64,000 nucleotides of DNA from contig OZ243041.1 in NCBI GenBank assembly GCA_965212055.1, positions 96,001-160,000 of the forward strand. The letters are read 5' to 3'. Positions 10,146-19,881 of the stretch are shown here, one piece after another; position 1 is the first letter of the stretch, and every line of letters begins with the position of its first letter. This DNA is from Fidelibacterota bacterium (GTDB lineage: Bacteria; Fidelibacterota; Marinisomatia; Marinisomatales; Marinisomataceae). The notes under the pieces are model-generated. The model did no database searches. It saw only the letters and a program-made list of their open reading frames with translations, and had not been told where the DNA came from. The translations under genes were made by a program, and so were the position numbers.

Positions 10146-11546
10146 ATGATTAGGTATATTTTTATAATACTATTTACTTTTTTTCTTTCATCATGTGATT
10201 TTGACACATCGTTGAAGATAGAATTAGAGAACAAGGAATCTTCTCATCAACCAATTCCTGGTCCTCGAGATTGTTTTTGGTCTCGTGGTCCAGTTAGCAA
10301 AGATCCCTATATCAACATTGCTTATCCTGATGCTAGCGTTTTTTATTGGAGTGCAACCTTTACTGTCCCTGAAGGTGCTAGACTGTATCTTGAAGGAACA
10401 TTTCCTCATTCTAGATATATGTCATTAATTAGTTATGATGGGCGAGGTGCACCAATAGAATCGTTGGCCGACTATCTCATTGTACCTGATGAAAATTCAA
10501 TAAATCCATTTGTAGAAGGCGCCAATAGAAATCATGAACAAAGATCTTATATTGTAGAAATTTTGAACCTACCTCCAGAAATAAGAAGAAAAGAAGGAGT
10601 CAAACTTGATCTTCAAACCGATATCAGAGGGGCAGATTCCCAAAAAGAAATTGTTCAAAGCAACTCATTAAATGCAACACAATATGGGAAAGGACAACAA
10701 TCAATTGTTTATCGAATTTATGTGCCTGATAAAGATCAAGATGAATTAGGAGGTGTATCTTTACCCGAATTTATTTTGGTATTACATAATGGACAAGAAT
10801 TAAGGGGGAAAGAAGCATGTAATGCATTACAAACTAATCAGCGGGCACAAATTACCACTGATGCAATAGGATTGCCTATGACCACATATTCAAAGCTTCT
10901 AAACCAACCTGGAAAACCAGATACGTGGCCAGCAACTGTACCACCAACTTGGTATCTTCAATATGATAGAGATTTTCTTTTGGGTATTTATACTGGTCAA
11001 CCACCAAAATCTCTTAGAAAAAGCACAGGTGGTTTTTACCCAAATCTTGATAATAATTATGTACGAACTATTATTAATCGTAAGCATGGTAAAGTATTTG
11101 TTCTGCAAGGGAAATTACCTACAACTCCCACAACTTATCATGGTGATGAATTGATGACCAAAGGCGATATGGTCTATTGGTCTATTTGTTCCAATCAGGG
11201 TTTTGCAAATACTCGCGTCAATGATTGTCTTTTCGATGAGCAAGTTCCTGTCAATCAAAATGGTGAATATATTATTGTCGTGAGTCGCAAAGAAGATCGT
11301 CCTCGAAATGCCTACCCTGAATGTGGAATTGGTTGGTTACCAATGGCTGATGATGGAGATGGCGCTATAGATGAAGATGCCACGGTTATCCAAATTAGAA
11401 ATATGTTGGCTTCTGCTGATTTTAAACATGCAATTCAAAATGTTGATGAGATTGGCAAAGAAAAAGAAATTATGGGACCTTATTTACCAACTTCTTTTTA
11501 CACCACCACAGGTGCGTTCGAAGTTTTATTGCCCTGTCTTAAATAA
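10146..11546 (+). CDS. Hypothetical lipoprotein, possibly with DUF1214-like beta-sandwich domains
   Basis: 466-aa ORF; lipobox FFLSSC; motifs NIAYPD, FYPNLDNNY, YWSIC, GEYIIVVS, WLP. Function not recognised. Confidence 0.7.
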   Translation: MIRYIFIILFTFFLSSCDFDTSLKIELENKESSHQPIPGPRDCFWSRGPVSKDPYINIAYPDASVFYWSATFTVPEGARLYLEGTFPHSRYMSLISYDGRGAPIESLADYLIVPDENSINPFVEGANRNHEQRSYIVEILNLPPEIRRKEGVKLDLQTDIRGADSQKEIVQSNSLNATQYGKGQQSIVYRIYVPDKDQDELGGVSLPEFILVLHNGQELRGKEACNALQTNQRAQITTDAIGLPMTTYSKLLNQPGKPDTWPATVPPTWYLQYDRDFLLGIYTGQPPKSLRKSTGGFYPNLDNNYVRTIINRKHGKVFVLQGKLPTTPTTYHGDELMTKGDMVYWSICSNQGFANTRVNDCLFDEQVPVNQNGEYIIVVSRKEDRPRNAYPECGIGWLPMADDGDGAIDEDATVIQIRNMLASADFKHAIQNVDEIGKEKEIMGPYLPTSFYTTTGAFEVLLPCLK

Positions 11547-11548
11547 GA

Positions 11549-12310
11549 CTAATTTGGAATACGATCTGGAAAATCTGTAATAATACCATCTATACCAAAT
11601 TCTATAGCATGACTAATTGCAGCAGGTTCATTGATAGTCCAGGAATATATTTTAAAGCCTGCTTTATGAATTGTATTAACAATTTCTTGGTCTAAAGAAG
11701 AAAAATTTGGATGTATAGCAACTGCATCAAGTTTAATTGCTATATCAATCACTTCATTTAGTGTATTATTTTCGTTTAATATTCCAATTGGAATATCTGT
11801 GTTCTCATTTTTAAATATTGTTAATTCATCCCAATCAAAACTTGATACTATTAATTGCTCTACTTCCCATTTGGTGTTTGTGATGAAATCTTTCAAAATA
11901 GAAGCAGTAGGGACTGCCGTATTTTTCCCCTTTAATTCAACATTTAATAGTATGTCTCCATTAATTAGTTCAAGGACTTCTTCTAATGTTGGTATTTTAT
12001 ATTTTCCTTCTACTAAAATATTGTTGAGAGAATCAAGAGTAGTTTCTTCAATGAAACCATTTCTATTAGTGAGTCGACTTAATTCTTTGTCATGAAAAAC
12101 AACAATTTCACCTGATGCACAACGAAATACATCAATTTCTACTCCATCTACATTGAGATCTATTGCTTTTTGAATAGATTCCAAAGTGTTTTCGGCGACA
12201 TGCCCACGAGCTCCTCTGTGTCCTATATTTAATATCTCTTTGTTATTACAAGAACTAAGTATCATTATAAAAAGTAAAGAATATATATTTTTTATAAAAT
12301 TAGTTTCCAT
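11549..12310 (-). CDS. Glycerophosphodiester phosphodiesterase family lipoprotein
   Basis: GHRGA, ENT, VEIDV, VFHD, NVELK, WTIN, GIITDFP; lipobox ILSSC. Confidence 0.92.
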   Translation of the reverse strand: METNFIKNIYSLLFIMILSSCNNKEILNIGHRGARGHVAENTLESIQKAIDLNVDGVEIDVFRCASGEIVVFHDKELSRLTNRNGFIEETTLDSLNNILVEGKYKIPTLEEVLELINGDILLNVELKGKNTAVPTASILKDFITNTKWEVEQLIVSSFDWDELTIFKNENTDIPIGILNENNTLNEVIDIAIKLDAVAIHPNFSSLDQEIVNTIHKAGFKIYSWTINEPAAISHAIEFGIDGIITDFPDRIPN

Positions 12311-13535
12311 TATGAATTTCTACTGCAGCACGTAATCCAGAAAATAATGCGCCTTGCATCCATCCGTGATAATCAGATGCATGTTCCCCTGCAAAATGAA
12401 TCCGTTCTTCTGCTGCACCAATATGAGCAGCAAGAGCTGCATCTTGTGATGAAGTAGGTGATGCCCATGCTCCTTTAGACCATTCTTCTAGAGCCCATGA
12501 TTGAGTAGTTCCACTTTCTAGATTATTTGTGGCACCAGGAAAAATATTTTCCCATCTATTTAAGACAGAGTTTATACGTTCTTGTTCGGTTAACACATCC
12601 ATTTCTTCTGCTCTGCTGTAGCGCAAATAGGACATAATGATACCACGAGGGCCATTAAGATCCCAAGTAGGTTGCCATATTTCTTCTGGAAAATCAGTGT
12701 TCCCCCATCCGTTTAACCCCTCATTTTCCCAAAATCGATTTTGAAATTGAATATAAGTTCTAGTTGAAGGGGCATAACGATACCCACCATTCATTGCTGT
12801 TTGTTTTTCTGAGGATAAAGATGGTGTAAATTGAATTTTATTTAGCACTGTTAATGGAACAGTGCACAATGCTCTATCTCCTATAAATTCAGTACCATTG
12901 GTTGTTCGAACAGTAACACCAGTAGATTGTTGTTCAACGGATTGCACTGGCATTCCAAGTGCTATGTGTTGATTAAGATAATCAGAAAATGCATATGGAA
13001 GACGATCTGATCCTCCACGAATTTTCACGTAATCTTTACGCAAAACTGAACCATAGGTTGCATTAAGGTAATTACTATTTGAAATCAATTCACGATTTCC
13101 ATCTACCACATCTACATAAGACCCTGATGTTGCATAAAATGGATCTAATTCTAAATTAAAATGATTTGCATATCCCAATGTTAAATCATGGCTAGGTTTA
13201 ATTCTTGCAGCTCCACCTTCGGCAAAGTGATTGTCAGCAAATGGAGATCGAATTGTAAACACTCTTCCGCCAATGCGATTTCTTGCTTCTAAAATTGTAA
13301 CATCATGTCCAGCCCTATTTAATTCGTAAGCAGCAACTAACCCTGAAAGTCCCGCACCAATAACAATGACTTTCTTAGAAGGTCTATTCCCACTAAGCAT
13401 TCCTGGTGAATAAGTAATTATAGGATTTTCTTCTGTTGGGCTTGATTGATTATCTTCACAGGATGGAATAAGTGTTGCTCCTGCTGCAATAATGATACTT
13501 CTTCGAATAAATTCTCGTCTTGTTATATCAGACAT
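12300..13535 (-). CDS. Flavin monoamine oxidase family protein, Tat lipoprotein
   Basis: Tat motif TRREFI, lipobox LIPSC, GAGLSG, EARNRIGGRV, FAGEH, GWMQGA. Confidence 0.88.
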   Translation of the reverse strand: MSDITRREFIRRSIIIAAGATLIPSCEDNQSSPTEENPIITYSPGMLSGNRPSKKVIVIGAGLSGLVAAYELNRAGHDVTILEARNRIGGRVFTIRSPFADNHFAEGGAARIKPSHDLTLGYANHFNLELDPFYATSGSYVDVVDGNRELISNSNYLNATYGSVLRKDYVKIRGGSDRLPYAFSDYLNQHIALGMPVQSVEQQSTGVTVRTTNGTEFIGDRALCTVPLTVLNKIQFTPSLSSEKQTAMNGGYRYAPSTRTYIQFQNRFWENEGLNGWGNTDFPEEIWQPTWDLNGPRGIIMSYLRYSRAEEMDVLTEQERINSVLNRWENIFPGATNNLESGTTQSWALEEWSKGAWASPTSSQDAALAAHIGAAEERIHFAGEHASDYHGWMQGALFSGLRAAVEIHNGN

Positions 13536-13546
13536 ATTTTTGTCGG

Positions 13547-15163
13547 TTACATTTTTTCTGGTGCTTGAATTCCAAGAATTGATAATCCAATTTTGAGAAC
13601 AATTTGTGTAGCCTCACATAATTGCATTCTAGCAAGCGATAAATCAATGTTATCTTGATTAATTACTTTATGATTGCCATAAAATTTGTGATAATGTGCT
13701 GCTAAATCTTCAAGATATGTTGCCAGCTGTTTTGGTTCTAATGATTCATACACTTGATTCATTTTAGTAGGGAAGTCAGACAGTTTTTTCATCAAAGCTA
13801 TCTCATCGTCTTCTTTCAATAGGTTTAAATTAGTTTTGCTTTTACTTTTAATTTCTTTATTAAATCTTGTTAATAAATTTGCAATACGAGCATGAGCATA
13901 CTGCAGATAATAAACAGGATTTTTTTCAGATTCATCCATTGCTAAATCTAAATCGAAATCCAAATGAGTATTTACTCCACGCATAATAAAAAAATACCTT
14001 ATAACATCTGAATTCAATTTTTCAATTAGTTCATCCAAAGTAACAAAATTTGCTTTTCGGGTAGACATTTTTACTATCTGATTGTCTTTCTTTAAAGTCA
14101 CAAATTGGTGTATTACAACTTTAATATGATTAGTAGGCGTTCCTAGTGCATCTAAAGCGAGTAGTACATCTGGATAAGAATCAATATGATCTGCTCCAAA
14201 CACATCTACAATCAAATCAAACCCTCTTTCAACTTTATCAATATGGTATGCGATATCTGGTAATCTATATGTTGGTTCTCCAGAGCTTTTTACTAACACT
14301 TTATCTTCTTTTCTTCCCAGTTTTGTTGTCTTAAACCATGTTGCTCCATCTTTATTGTAAGAAAGAGATAGCTTTGCTAGTTTTTCTAATACTTCATCAA
14401 TGGAACCATTATCGTAAAAACTTTTTTCTTTGGAAAAAATATCAAAAACAACATTTAAACTACTCAACGTACTTTGAATATTGTCAAAAATTTGTTTTTC
14501 AGTAAACGTTCTAAATTGTTCGTCTTTCTCGTTTAATTCGTTACCAAATTTTTTAAGAATTTGATCTGCAATTTCATCAAGATATTCTCCAACATATGCA
14601 TTTTCTTGGGATTGAAATTCTTTACCAATTTTTTTAGCATATTTTGCGTAACAAGACTCTGCTAAAATTTGCATCTGTTTACCAGCATCATTATAATAAT
14701 ATTCTCTTGTAACTTTATAATTATGCCATGATAGTATGTTCGATATTACATCTCCTAAGACTGCTTGTCTTCCGTGTCCGATTGTGAGTGGACCAGTTGG
14801 ATTACAACTTACAAATTCTACATTGGCTGATTGTGTTTTACCAGTAGGTCTACCAAATTTTTTTTGATTTTTTAAAATATTACTAAGATTATTTATATAA
14901 TAATCTAATTCTACATTAAAATTAACAAATCCTGGTTCTGTAATAAATACTGAGAACAGTGTTTTATCTTTATTATGATCTAAAACTTCATTGGCTATGT
15001 TGATTGGTGACGTTTGTGATATCTTACCAAGGACTAAAGCGATATTTGATGAATAATCTCCAAATCCTTTCTTCACATTTTTTGTAATACTCCAGTTTGT
15101 GTTCTTGATTTTCTTTTTTTCTAAATAAGAAGAAAGAAATTGTTCTATTTTTTTTTCAATCAT
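13547..15163 (-). CDS. argS: Arginine--tRNA ligase
   Basis: NVEFVSCNPTGPLTIGHGR, FGADH, KMSTR, YYLQYAHARI, C-terminal APEKM. Confidence 0.97.
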   Translation of the reverse strand: MIEKKIEQFLSSYLEKKKIKNTNWSITKNVKKGFGDYSSNIALVLGKISQTSPINIANEVLDHNKDKTLFSVFITEPGFVNFNVELDYYINNLSNILKNQKKFGRPTGKTQSANVEFVSCNPTGPLTIGHGRQAVLGDVISNILSWHNYKVTREYYYNDAGKQMQILAESCYAKYAKKIGKEFQSQENAYVGEYLDEIADQILKKFGNELNEKDEQFRTFTEKQIFDNIQSTLSSLNVVFDIFSKEKSFYDNGSIDEVLEKLAKLSLSYNKDGATWFKTTKLGRKEDKVLVKSSGEPTYRLPDIAYHIDKVERGFDLIVDVFGADHIDSYPDVLLALDALGTPTNHIKVVIHQFVTLKKDNQIVKMSTRKANFVTLDELIEKLNSDVIRYFFIMRGVNTHLDFDLDLAMDESEKNPVYYLQYAHARIANLLTRFNKEIKSKSKTNLNLLKEDDEIALMKKLSDFPTKMNQVYESLEPKQLATYLEDLAAHYHKFYGNHKVINQDNIDLSLARMQLCEATQIVLKIGLSILGIQAPEKM

Positions 15164-15492
15164 TATACATTGACTTTTTTTGCATCAAACCAAATTCGTT
15201 CAAGATTGTAATATTTTCTTATTTCATCAAAAAAAATATGTACCACAATATCTACATAATCAATTATTACCCAATTTAAATGTTCATATCCCTCAACTCG
15301 CCAAGCATTTTCATTCACATTGTCTCTAATATTATCCGTAATTGATTTTACTTGAATAGTATTGGATGCAGAACAGATAATAAAATATTTTGATAAAGAA
15401 GTCACTTTTGAAACATCAAGGGCTAAAATATCTTCAGCTTTTTTTTCTTTTGCACACCCAATAATCTCATTTAGTAATTTTTTTGTAGTCAT
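15163..15492 (-). CDS. rsfS: Ribosome silencing factor
   Basis: EKKAEDI, YFIICSA, WVIIDYVDIVVHIF, YYNLERIW. Confidence 0.94.
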   Translation of the reverse strand: MTTKKLLNEIIGCAKEKKAEDILALDVSKVTSLSKYFIICSASNTIQVKSITDNIRDNVNENAWRVEGYEHLNWVIIDYVDIVVHIFFDEIRKYYNLERIWFDAKKVNV

Positions 15493-15974
15493 TTATTCAA
15501 GTTAATAAAATCTGCGTAGTCCTTTCCAACAATTATTTGAATATCTTCATCAAAATCAAGAGTTGAATTAAACTCTATATTGGAATCACTTATCTTCATT
15601 CCAAGGATTGTTAATATATTTTCAATATTAGTATTGTTTTCGTTAATAATAATTACCTTTGTACTTTCGTAATCAAATTTGTTCTCACCTTCTTCATCTT
15701 TGGCATTTTCAGTTCTAGTAATGATTAACCCATAGTTATTATTTAAAAAAGAAGAAAATTGATCTCCAACACCACGTTCACCGCAGCCGTTTAATACCGC
15801 CACCCTTAATGTGCGAGATTTTTCGTTTTCGAATAATTTAATTTTAGGATTTTCTGAATTAATTTTAATCTCATTACTAATATTGTTTGTATTAAAATTT
15901 TTTGAAATTGACCAGCCAAACAGCATAATTGTAATAATTAAAAAAGTAATAATAAAATTAAGAAAATATTTCAT
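15489..15974 (-). CDS. LytR C-terminal domain-containing membrane-anchored protein
   Basis: N-terminal TM segment; VAVLNGCG..G and C-terminal IIVGKDY. Confidence 0.82.
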   Translation of the reverse strand: MKYFLNFIITFLIITIMLFGWSISKNFNTNNISNEIKINSENPKIKLFENEKSRTLRVAVLNGCGERGVGDQFSSFLNNNYGLIITRTENAKDEEGENKFDYESTKVIIINENNTNIENILTILGMKISDSNIEFNSTLDFDEDIQIIVGKDYADFINLNK

Positions 15975-16690
15975 TCTTCAAATGATTCTAATTGTTTGAT
16001 AGTATTAATACCCATGATTTCTTTAGGATCATCAATCGTTTTTGTTTTAACAATGCCGTTGTTATTAATCAGTTCTATTACATCTGTTAAATAATATTCC
16101 TTCGATTCATTGTTAGATTTTATTTTTTCTAAGTTTTTGAATAATTCTGAAATTTTAAAAATATAAATTCCTGGATTCATTTCTTTAATGGTTTTTTCTG
16201 ATATATTACAATCTTTCTCCTCAATAATTTTGATTAGGTTTCCTGATTGGTCTCTTATAATTCTTCCGTAGCCAGTTGGATTTTCCACTATTGCTGTTAT
16301 CATTGTAGCATCTGTATTGTGTTTAATATGTTCATCTACCATTGGTAATAGTGTACTATATTTGATATTTGGGACATCACCATACAAAATTAATAAATGC
16401 CCATTCTTGTCATACAGTTTGTTACCTAATTGTAAAACTGCATGTCCAGTGCCAAGTTGTTCTTTTTGTTCTATATATTCTATATTTGGATTATTAATGT
16501 GATTAATAACCAATTCTTTTTTGAAACCTACTACAGTAAAAATTTTTTCAGGATTTAGTTTATAAGCAGTTTCTAATACATAGTCAATAATTGCTTTGTT
16601 CCCGAGAGTATGTAATACTTTAGGAATGTCTGATTTCATCCTTGTGCCTTTCCCAGCGGCCAGTATTCCGATAAAGAAATTTTTATTCAT
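15971..16690 (-). CDS. Sugar-phosphate nucleotidyltransferase (GlmU N-terminal uridyltransferase domain only)
   Basis: LAAGKGTRMKSDIPKVLH, EQLGTGHAV, YGDVP, PTGYGRI, EYYLTD, GINT; ends at 239 aa without the beta-helix domain. Confidence 0.88.
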   Translation of the reverse strand: MNKNFFIGILAAGKGTRMKSDIPKVLHTLGNKAIIDYVLETAYKLNPEKIFTVVGFKKELVINHINNPNIEYIEQKEQLGTGHAVLQLGNKLYDKNGHLLILYGDVPNIKYSTLLPMVDEHIKHNTDATMITAIVENPTGYGRIIRDQSGNLIKIIEEKDCNISEKTIKEMNPGIYIFKISELFKNLEKIKSNNESKEYYLTDVIELINNNGIVKTKTIDDPKEIMGINTIKQLESFEE

Positions 16691-17795
16691 CTAATGTTTT
16701 ATTTAAAAAGGGTATATCTCTTTTTGAAATAATACCCCCACCAACACAAATATTATTTTTGTCATAAAATACTATTGATTGTCCAGGTGTAATAGCTTTT
16801 TGCTTTAATTTAAATTTAACTAGATATGAATTTTGATTTAAACAAAAAACTGAACATGTTTTATCATTATCGCGATAACGTACTTTAGCATATAATTGTT
16901 TTGGAAAGTGAGTTGGTTTTTGAGAAATCCAGTTGACATTATTAACAATAATTTTTTTACTAAATAATGCCGGATGATTTCCTCCTTGTGCAACAAATAC
17001 AATATTTTTTTTAATGTCTTTTTTGACAACATACCAGGGTTTATCTGCTGCACTCAATCTCGCACCAATTCCTAATCCTTTGCGTTGTCCAATAGTAAAA
17101 TAAATATGACCATTATGTGTACCTAACACATCTCCATCAATAGAAATAATTTTTCCTTTCTTTATATTGATATATTGCCCAACAAAATCATTATATTTTC
17201 TTTCTCCAATAAAACATATACCGGTGCTATCTTTTTTATTATGGTTGATTAATCCATTTTTCTTTGCAATTTTTCTTACCTCTTTTTTTTGTATTTCTCC
17301 GAGAGGGAATATGGCATGTTTCAATTCTTTTTGACCTAATTGATACAAGAAATAGCTTTGGTCTTTTGATTGATCTGTAGCTTTTTCTAAATAATTAATA
17401 GAATTGATTATCGTTTTTTTAGCATAATGTCCTGTTGCAATTTTTTTTGCATTTAATTTCTTTGCATATTTTTGAAATACTTCAAATTTAATTTCTTTAT
17501 TACATAAGACATCTGGATTGGGAGTAAGTCCTTCAAGATGATCATCTAAAAATTGTTTAAACACTTTATTTTTGTAAGATTTAGTATAATCTATTTTATG
17601 TAACGGGATATTTAATTTTTGAGATACAGACAACGCATCAGCATAATCATCTTCTGCTGAACAGATCGCATGTTTATCATCCCAATTTTTCATGAATACT
17701 CCTTCAACATCATATCCATCTCTTTGTAAAAGCAATGCAGCCACTGAGCTATCAACACCTCCACTCATTCCTAATACTATTTTTTCTTTTTTCAT
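16683..17795 (-). CDS. mnmA: tRNA 2-thiouridine(34) synthase
   Basis: GMSGGVDSS, TPNPDVLCN, ATGHY, KDQSYFL, GICFIG, TIGQRKG, TPGQ. Confidence 0.97.
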   Translation of the reverse strand: MKKEKIVLGMSGGVDSSVAALLLQRDGYDVEGVFMKNWDDKHAICSAEDDYADALSVSQKLNIPLHKIDYTKSYKNKVFKQFLDDHLEGLTPNPDVLCNKEIKFEVFQKYAKKLNAKKIATGHYAKKTIINSINYLEKATDQSKDQSYFLYQLGQKELKHAIFPLGEIQKKEVRKIAKKNGLINHNKKDSTGICFIGERKYNDFVGQYINIKKGKIISIDGDVLGTHNGHIYFTIGQRKGLGIGARLSAADKPWYVVKKDIKKNIVFVAQGGNHPALFSKKIIVNNVNWISQKPTHFPKQLYAKVRYRDNDKTCSVFCLNQNSYLVKFKLKQKAITPGQSIVFYDKNNICVGGGIISKRDIPFLNKTLDE

Positions 17796-17828
17796 ACTAT
17801 TTCAGTTCCTATCTTAAGGAAAAAAAGT

Positions 17829-18734
17829 ATGACTTCAAATCAATCACATCAGACACTAATTGCAGGATCTATCAGTATAGATAAAATTATCAATAAATAT
17901 GGTACTTATGAGAATGTGTTAGGCGGATCTGCCGCCTATGCTTTATTATCTACCCACAAGAAAAAGTGTCAGCTTATTGGAGTCGTTGGAAGCGATTTTC
18001 CAGATCAATATTTAAACTTATTCGATATCCATTCAATTACCCTCGATGATTTAATTGTTGCTGATGGAAAAACATTTACATGGGGCGGAGAGTATACACC
18101 AGATTTTTCTAGTAGAGAAACGCTATATGTTGATCCAGGTATTGCTGAGAGCTGTTTGCCTGTATTGTCTAGTGAATCAAAACAATGTAAATACCTTCTG
18201 TTGGGCAATACATCACCAAACGTACAGTTGTCTATTTTAGATCAAATAGAATCAAAGCCTTTTATCGTATTAGATACATTTAAATTATATATTGATATTG
18301 CGCTAGAAGATTTAAAAAAGACTATGCAGCGTTCCGATTTATTATGTATTAACTATAATGAAGCATTATATCTATCTAAACTTTCAAATCCTTCACTGGA
18401 TGATATTGCGAAGTGTATTCTAGATATGGGTGTTAAAAGTTTAATTATTAAAAGAGGAGAAGAAGGTGCTTCGTTTTTTGATAATCAAGACAATTTTTCT
18501 ATTGCAGCATATTATGTGAATCAAGTAATGGACACAACAGGCGCTGGAGATAGTTTCGCCGGTGGATTGATATCAAGTTTAATGAATGGAGCTGATATTA
18601 AAGAAGCTATGGTAGAAGGGTCAGTAATGGCATCATTTTGTATTGAAAACATTGCACATAGGGGACTTATCTCATTTTCAGAGGAAGAATATACATTAAG
18701 AAAAAAATGGCTTCAATCTAGCCTTACAACTTGA
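17829..18734 (+). CDS. PfkB family carbohydrate/nucleoside kinase
   Basis: LGGSAAY, GVVGSDF, NYNEA, IIKRGEEG, DTTGAGDSFAGG. Confidence 0.9.
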   Translation: MTSNQSHQTLIAGSISIDKIINKYGTYENVLGGSAAYALLSTHKKKCQLIGVVGSDFPDQYLNLFDIHSITLDDLIVADGKTFTWGGEYTPDFSSRETLYVDPGIAESCLPVLSSESKQCKYLLLGNTSPNVQLSILDQIESKPFIVLDTFKLYIDIALEDLKKTMQRSDLLCINYNEALYLSKLSNPSLDDIAKCILDMGVKSLIIKRGEEGASFFDNQDNFSIAAYYVNQVMDTTGAGDSFAGGLISSLMNGADIKEAMVEGSVMASFCIENIAHRGLISFSEEEYTLRKKWLQSSLTT

Positions 18735-18759
18735 AATCACTATATAATAATACTAACTT
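18731..18759 (+). promoter_or_regulatory. Putative sigma70 promoter for the TPR protein gene
   Basis: TTGAAA-17 nt-TAACTT, then Shine-Dalgarno GGAGG before ATG 18781. Confidence 0.6.
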
Positions 18760-18780
18760 GACCAATCGGAGGAATATTAG

Positions 18781-19881
18781 ATGATTAATACAAAAAAACT
18801 TTTTCTTTTTACAATCATGTTTTCTTTTCTTTTTTCTCAAGGGAAAGATTTGAATTCAGCTAAAGTATATATTAAAGATAAAGACTGGAAACAAGCTGAA
18901 ATGTTTCTTTTAAAAGCAGTAGAACATCCAAATGATCAATGGGAAGCTGCTTTTCATTTAGGGGATAAAGTTTATGTTAGAAGTCAAGATTGGGCGAAGG
19001 TAAAACAATACCTAGATCTTGCAGGTACTGCTCCAGAAAAGTTAAAAATTAGGCCAACTAGAAATGATAGTAAAATACCAATACAAACTGCAATTACTGC
19101 TTCGTTGACAAAGAGTTTTAACATTATTTATTTTAAAGCAGCAGGCTATATAGCTCTTATTAATAGAACAGCAGATATTGAACAACAAAATAGGTTTATT
19201 GATCAGGCCATTATTGCTTCAAAGCAAGCTGAAAATTTAGATCCAACTCAACCTGGAGCATATGCTCTTCTTGCGGTTTATTATTCTTTAAAAAAAGATA
19301 AAGAAAATACCATTAAATATGCTAATGCATCACTTGCACTCCCAGATACAGCTGATGATATTCGACTACAGCTTCTTGTGAATGCTGGGGATTGTTCAGT
19401 CCGTGTCAATGAGTTAGATATGGCATCTGCCTATCTTGAGCGTGCATTATTAATTGATCCCGATGATGTTAGCGTTTTAAAAAGTGTAGCAACAGTCTAT
19501 GTTGGGAGAAATGATCTAGATAAGGCATTAGATATTTTTATTAGAACGCTTGAACAAACAGAAGATGATCAAGAAAAAGCTGATTTACATTTTAATTTAG
19601 GTACTGTTTACCTCAAACAGGGCAATTCAGGTGAAGCAGAGTATCATTTTGAAGAAGCATTTTATTTAAATCCAGATGATACTGAGGCTATATTTAGACT
19701 TGCACGTACTCTAGAAGAATCAGCACGATGGAGGCCTGCCTTAAACTATTATAAAGATTTAATTGATATGGATCCGAATAATCCAGACTATTACCGAGGA
19801 GCATATAGAGCCTCTTTTAATGATGGAGATCCAATCACCGCTAATGAATATCTTCAGAAAGCTAAACAGTTAGAAAATTAA
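18781..19881 (+). CDS. Secreted tetratricopeptide repeat protein
   Basis: Signal peptide ..FSFLFS|QG; several TPR units (HFNLGTVYLKQG..AEYHFEEAFYLNP). Confidence 0.82.
   Translation: MINTKKLFLFTIMFSFLFSQGKDLNSAKVYIKDKDWKQAEMFLLKAVEHPNDQWEAAFHLGDKVYVRSQDWAKVKQYLDLAGTAPEKLKIRPTRNDSKIPIQTAITASLTKSFNIIYFKAAGYIALINRTADIEQQNRFIDQAIIASKQAENLDPTQPGAYALLAVYYSLKKDKENTIKYANASLALPDTADDIRLQLLVNAGDCSVRVNELDMASAYLERALLIDPDDVSVLKSVATVYVGRNDLDKALDIFIRTLEQTEDDQEKADLHFNLGTVYLKQGNSGEAEYHFEEAFYLNPDDTEAIFRLARTLEESARWRPALNYYKDLIDMDPNNPDYYRGAYRASFNDGDPITANEYLQKAKQLEN

Noticed and set aside
10111..13546. Integrative element at ssrA with att duplication
   Set aside because: No integrase gene and no repeat of the tmRNA 3' end was seen downstream
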